Positions 59,083-64,000 of a DNA stretch of 64,000 bases are shown in pieces. How positions within the stretch are numbered: position 1 is the first letter of the stretch; every line of letters starts with the position of its first letter. Below the pieces are notes generated by a model. That model saw nothing but the letters and a program-made list of their open reading frames with translations. It searched no databases and was not told the DNA's origin. This stretch comes from Blepharisma stoltei ATCC 30299 (Eukaryota > Protista > Ciliophora). The position numbers and the translations under genes are program-made. The stretch is taken from NCBI GenBank assembly GCA_965603825.1, contig CBFDEM010000004.1:372001-436000 (forward strand), in the 5' to 3' direction.

Positions 59083-59127
59083 GGCCGCAAAAATAAATGG
59101 GATTTTTAAGATTAATTTACCTAAACA

Positions 59128-60414
59128 CTACCCTCTGCTTGAGCTTATCGCTGGAGTTGAATTAAATCGCGTCAAAAACAGTCCACGGTTCAGTTCCACA
59201 ATTTTCGAGCCTAAGCTTTGCTCAGGTTTGCCCACTGTCCTGAAAGTCTTCATCAAGTCTTTCGTTATCCCTTCTTTGCTGATTTTTGAAATGATGGTAT
59301 TTCTTCGAGGGTCAGAAGGTTGCACGGCGAAAGACTGCTGAGTCATTGAAAATGCGGACGTTGAAGTAATTCTGTACTCTGATAATCTTGGAGTGCTCAT
59401 GTGAGAACTTGGTCTTATAGAGTTCCTCGACTTAGGCTTTTTAATTTTCTTAAGGATCTCTTGCAGATCTGTTTTAAGCTTGTATAAAGCTTTATCTTTA
59501 TGTTTAAGAATTTTATTTTTTTCGATTATCTCTGTTTCCAATTTTTTCGCTTCTTCTTTTAGTCTAAAATGGGCTTCTTTTGGAGACAATACATTCGACC
59601 TCAGTTTTTCTTCAATTATTTCAGTGTCAATTTTTTTTATTTCTTCTAGCAAAATATTCTGAGTTTTAATTAATTCCTCGATTTCTATTTCTAAGTTTTG
59701 GTTGTTTTCTTTTAAGAGCTGCTCTTCTGAGTTTGCAATTTCGTATTCTTTTTCTTTTAAGTCTTGAATTTTATAATTTAGTCTTTCTTCAAGTTTAGAG
59801 ATTATAATTGTCTTATTTTGTATCAAATCCTCCAGATCTTTAACTTTTTGCTTAGTCTTGTCATCTAAATTCAGTGCTTGTGTGATTTTTGCGTACACTG
59901 AGAGAATGCGAGTTCTTTCTTCTTCAAGTTCAATAAGCAAATTACGGTAGAGCTGATTTTGGTCTTCAATTTGTATAGCTTTGTTCATAAGGGAGTGGAT
60001 TTTTGGGTTCAAAACTCTCATAAACTCAGAAGAAGCTTGTGAATTCTGGCTTTCCAAATAATTTTTTTTTGCTGTAAGGTTTCTATTTTCTTCAGTTAGT
60101 TCTTCATATCTTTTTATTAATTCTAGGTTGCTACTTATAAAATACTCAGTGTGCTGACTCAGATCAGCTGATTCTGATTGAGCTGTAAGGCCTCGAAAAA
60201 CATCTTTTTCAACTTGAATTTCTTGCTGTAGTTTATATATTGCATTTTGTGATTGATTAATTTTTGTATCAAGAATTTTTAGATTAGGCTTAGTAGCTTT
60301 AGAAGCAGTTCTTTTATTTATTTCTAAAAGCTTCGATTCTAAGCGGTTTATTTGGTCTTCCATTGCATCCATTGTGTTTAGATAGCTTTCTATTCTTGCA
60401 TCTATATCTTCCAT
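59128..60414 (-). CDS. Coiled-coil protein
   Basis: Complete 428-aa ATG-TAG ORF, heptad-rich. Confidence 0.85.
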   Translation of the reverse strand: MEDIDARIESYLNTMDAMEDQINRLESKLLEINKRTASKATKPNLKILDTKINQSQNAIYKLQQEIQVEKDVFRGLTAQSESADLSQHTEYFISSNLELIKRYEELTEENRNLTAKKNYLESQNSQASSEFMRVLNPKIHSLMNKAIQIEDQNQLYRNLLIELEEERTRILSVYAKITQALNLDDKTKQKVKDLEDLIQNKTIIISKLEERLNYKIQDLKEKEYEIANSEEQLLKENNQNLEIEIEELIKTQNILLEEIKKIDTEIIEEKLRSNVLSPKEAHFRLKEEAKKLETEIIEKNKILKHKDKALYKLKTDLQEILKKIKKPKSRNSIRPSSHMSTPRLSEYRITSTSAFSMTQQSFAVQPSDPRRNTIISKISKEGITKDLMKTFRTVGKPEQSLGSKIVELNRGLFLTRFNSTPAISSSRG

Positions 60415-60818
60415 TTTGATTAAATAGATAATTCAATTCAACTTAAATCAGCATCATATATGTGCACTTAAGTTTTATTACATTTTAATATTGATTATTT
60501 AGCTATTAACGATCACTTTAAATCTTCATCAAAATTGTTTGCTTGCAGGCTTACTTACCGTTTAGCAGCTATTAGTCTCAGAAGAAAATATTTTCGTTTC
60601 CATTCGATATCCCATTTGTAATAATAAATCAGCAATTCATTTCAATAAGATTAAGCTGGAATAATCGTTTTAAATACTTCTATGGCCGCTTCAACATGAG
60701 CAATATATTTTTCAAAATAAATCCCAAGTGCTATTAAAATCAAACGATCTTTTTCATCTTTTTTATTTCTCAGCTCCACCATATAAAAATAATTTCTAAA
60801 ATAATTCTTAATTAAATT

Positions 60819-63800
60819 ATGGAAGTAGACGAACATCTCTTTAACTTCTTAACCCAAGCTAATCTACTAGAAAACTCCCAATCCTCTCCAAAGCCTCCTT
60901 ATACCATCCATGAACTTGATCTCCACATTTTTGAAATTGGTCTTGGAGTTGTTCCATTAATAAACCAGCTCTTAAATTCGATGAAACAATCCACACGCGA
61001 CCGTTTTGGAGTACCAGATTTTTCAGCCCTCCGAAACTCTAATACTGCAAGTTCAAGGTTATTTAACTGAAACCTTATAATAAAAGCTTTACAATCATTA
61101 GAAATTCCTATAGATTCTGATATGAAGGCTCTTATTGTTGCAGGTGATAAACAAGTGGTGATTGAAGTCATCAAAATGATATATAAAGCAACGTTAAAAA
61201 ATAACAATGGATCGCCCAGAGCAAAGCCCAAACAGCCGAAATTTACGCCTGATGGTGCCTTGCTGCTAGATAATATAGATATCAATATTGATTTAAGCGA
61301 ATCAGAAACATGCTTAGAGATGCTTGTAATTTCTTTATGCAAGTGCTTACAGGTTAAGCCAAAACAGGCAGCAGGGCTGCTGACTCAAAATGGAAAATTT
61401 TTGGTTCAAGTTATTATGAAAGGCTTAAAAGGTAAATTTGAGCTAATTTTAGAGTGGTACCAATCTATATTAAATAATTTGGTTCATCTAAAAAAATTAA
61501 TACAAAAAGAGTTTGACCAAGGAGCACTTAATCTTGTTCTAACTGCCCTAAAGCCAGGACTTGCAAGTAAAAATAGGGAAACAATGGAGAAATGCATAGA
61601 ATTATTTATAGAAATAAAAAGAGGATGATATGAAGATGAAATTTTTCAATGGTTTATGAAAAGTGATGCATTATCCTATATAATAAAATCAATGAATGAA
61701 AATTCTGTTGGTAATTTTTTGGATTTTCTTATAGACTATGGAAGGAAAGAGCTGAGGAAAATGTTTGGGGAAAGCTTTAAGCAAAGTGCTGGAGACTCAA
61801 TCGGATTTTTTGATGCTATTTTGTTGATTTCACCATTGATTAGCTCAAACATAAAGCTTAATCAACTTTTTATGAACCAAGATATTTATACTTATTGAAT
61901 TTATGAAGGCCTGATGGAAGCTGAAAAAAATCCAAAGCAGATTTTTCCTTTGAATTTTTTAACAGAATTATGAAAAAGTTTACCAAACTCTTACCAGATT
62001 AATGAAGACTGCTCAAATTTGATATTAAATGCATTGAAGTCGGGAAACAGGGATAACTGCAGCATTATTAAAATATCATCATTTTTAAATTTATTTAGAC
62101 TTCTATCTGCATTTTCAGCTGTGAAGAATTCTTATGCTCCAATTATTTATAAGTCACTTACATTTTCACTTGTTGAAAACTATTCGAACCAAACAATAAG
62201 AGAATTTTTATATGTTAGTTTTGCTAAATTAATAGAAGATGATCAAAAAATACCTTTAAGCATTCTATTGGACCCTTTAATCAAGCAACTTCAGGTTGCT
62301 GACGAACTTTACAATATTTCAGATTTTGATTTTTTTGTAAGTATTGTAAGGCATCCTAAGCTTGAAATAGAACATGCTATTTTATTGATTGATTTTCTGG
62401 GAAAAGTGTATTATAATGATCCAATTTACACCAAAGCTGCGCAAGTTCCATTTATTTTATTAGCAGGAAGATATATTGAGTTTAAGCCTATGGAACAATA
62501 TATAATAAAATTTGCAAATTTTGGCCTGAAATCTGTAATTAAGCTATTTAAGGCCAAAAAAAATAAAAAAAGTCAACAAGAAAACGAGACTAAATGCTTG
62601 CATATAAGAAATATAACACTATCTCTTATAGAAAAGCTTATTGCGCTAAGATGTTGGGATTTAAATACGCAGCTAAAAGATCAGCTATTACATGCAAATT
62701 CTGAATTGAAAAAAATTAGTGGAGAAAATTTTAATGGAATTCTAATTATTTTAGCGCTTTTAGGTGACCCAACTGAAATGATAAACAAGTATGAGGCTGA
62801 TTCAGACAGCCTGCCTAATTCTGAGCCAAAAGCTGGATCTTTTAAATCAGCGACTTCAGAGCAGAACAATAAGCATGCTATAGCAAGTCTTACTACAGTT
62901 CCAAATGGTCGAGTGCAAAATGATTTAGAAAAAATCAAGCAGAAACGCATGGAAAGAGAGCTCCTACAAATAAGCCAAACTGAAAGGAAAAAAGCAATTG
63001 AAGAAAAAACGAAAAAAGCGTTAAAGATACAAATTGAAAAGAGAAGAATTCAGCTCGGAATTGAAAGTAAAAGCGCAGAAAATACTTTGGTAATAAAAAG
63101 TCACACACCAGTGAATGACCAAATAAGTTTAGTTGAATTAGAAAATGAAACACCAAATGAGCAAGAACTTTTAAATGTTGTTTTTAAAAAATATTTAAGG
63201 GTAGCAAACCTGTTATATGATAAGTATTCCACTTCAGGACATAAAAAAGATATGGGGCCAAGCGGAACCTTCGAAAGCCTGAAGGAAACAAAATCTAGCA
63301 TAACTGAAGGAGAACTTGCAAAATTATTAAGAGAGCAAGGGGTCACTCAATCTATGATTTCTGTTGTGGAAATGAAAAAAATTTACAATTTGATAATACA
63401 AAAAATGAAAATTCCAGTGCTGAATTATGAAGGCTATTTTAATTTCATATTTCAAATAGCGGTTTATATTTATTCAAGACCACCGATAGAGCTCACTACT
63501 TATCCATATGCAGTTTCAGTGCAAGCTTTATTTGAGCACTTTTCAAAGCGTGCAGTTGATAATGGGATTCCTTTGCACCTATACCAAGAGCCCGATTATG
63601 GAGCTGGTGACCGCGATGTAGCTAAAAGTATTACTGAGCTACTTAAGTATGACTTTAATATAGAGATGCCAGAAGGCTACCAAAAAGTGAAAGCAAAAGC
63701 ACTTAATGTTAGTTATAAAATTCCAAGCCATCTAGGCTTGTGAAGTCATCAAAAAATAGCTTTAGAAATTCTTGATGACATATTTTTCGACACCATTGGA

Positions 63801-64000
63801 ATTCATTTCTTAGAGCACAATATATCAGTTAAAAACGTTTATCATGCTAAAGGGTCCTTAACGAAGCCAGAGGTAGAAACCTCCCCAACGTTTGGGGTGC
63901 CTTCGAATAAAGGTAAGTATAAGATTAAGCCATTACCTGCATATTTAAAGCTAACTCCTGGAATTAAGGTAGAAGTCACAAGGCTTAGAGGGACATTTCC
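60819..64000 (+). CDS. Large protein with N-terminal CH-like domain and helical repeats (3' end outside window); several TGA=Trp
   Basis: ORFs at 60819, 61122, 61656 and 62019 are in frame and the frame stays open past TGA 63741 to the window end; 'SRLFN(W)NLIIKAL..LEI.I......IVAGD' resembles SPEF1-type CH domains. Confidence 0.8.

Noticed and set aside
1301-63346. Numerous Phe/Ser/Leu-rich ORFs antisense to real genes (e.g. 16828-17397, 35305-35598, 60899-61342)
   Set aside because: They are shadow frames of E/K-rich coding sequence on the opposite strand.
1130-63743. Apparent pseudogenes or operon-like runs of short same-strand ORFs
   Set aside because: The pieces are in frame and separated only by TGA (Trp) or 15-nt introns, so they are single intact genes.

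Overview
Gene-dense, AT-rich eukaryotic DNA, most consistent with the macronuclear (somatic) genome of a heterotrich ciliate of the genus Blepharisma. Three lines of evidence support this: UGA is read as Trp while UAA/UAG are stops, the spliceosomal introns are 15 nt (GTAA...A10...AG), and the rDNA is ciliate-like. The supplied ORF track fragments most genes because it treats TGA as a stop. Re-reading TGA as Trp and removing seven 15-nt introns gives about 36 intact protein genes. These include a TRAPPC9-like protein, PKG, ArfGAP, kinesin-12, a FYVE protein, a minimal SLX4-like UBZ4+SAP protein, WDR82, PTEN, a CNBD K+ channel, ATG8, an SH3-myotubularin pseudophosphatase, CDPK, a TRA2-like RRM protein, Rab21, a WD40-channel, GBP-PX, DMAP1 and a RAP-like protein; one further gene (44427-44972) is missed entirely by the ORF track. 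A single complete 18S-5.8S-28S rDNA unit with very short spacers sits between ordinary protein genes, with no tandem repeat or long intergenic spacer. Also present: a decayed pseudogene with two IES/MITE-like insertions, two unexplained regions with fold-back potential, and candidate promoter motifs. All family assignments come from motif recognition by eye; no searches were run.
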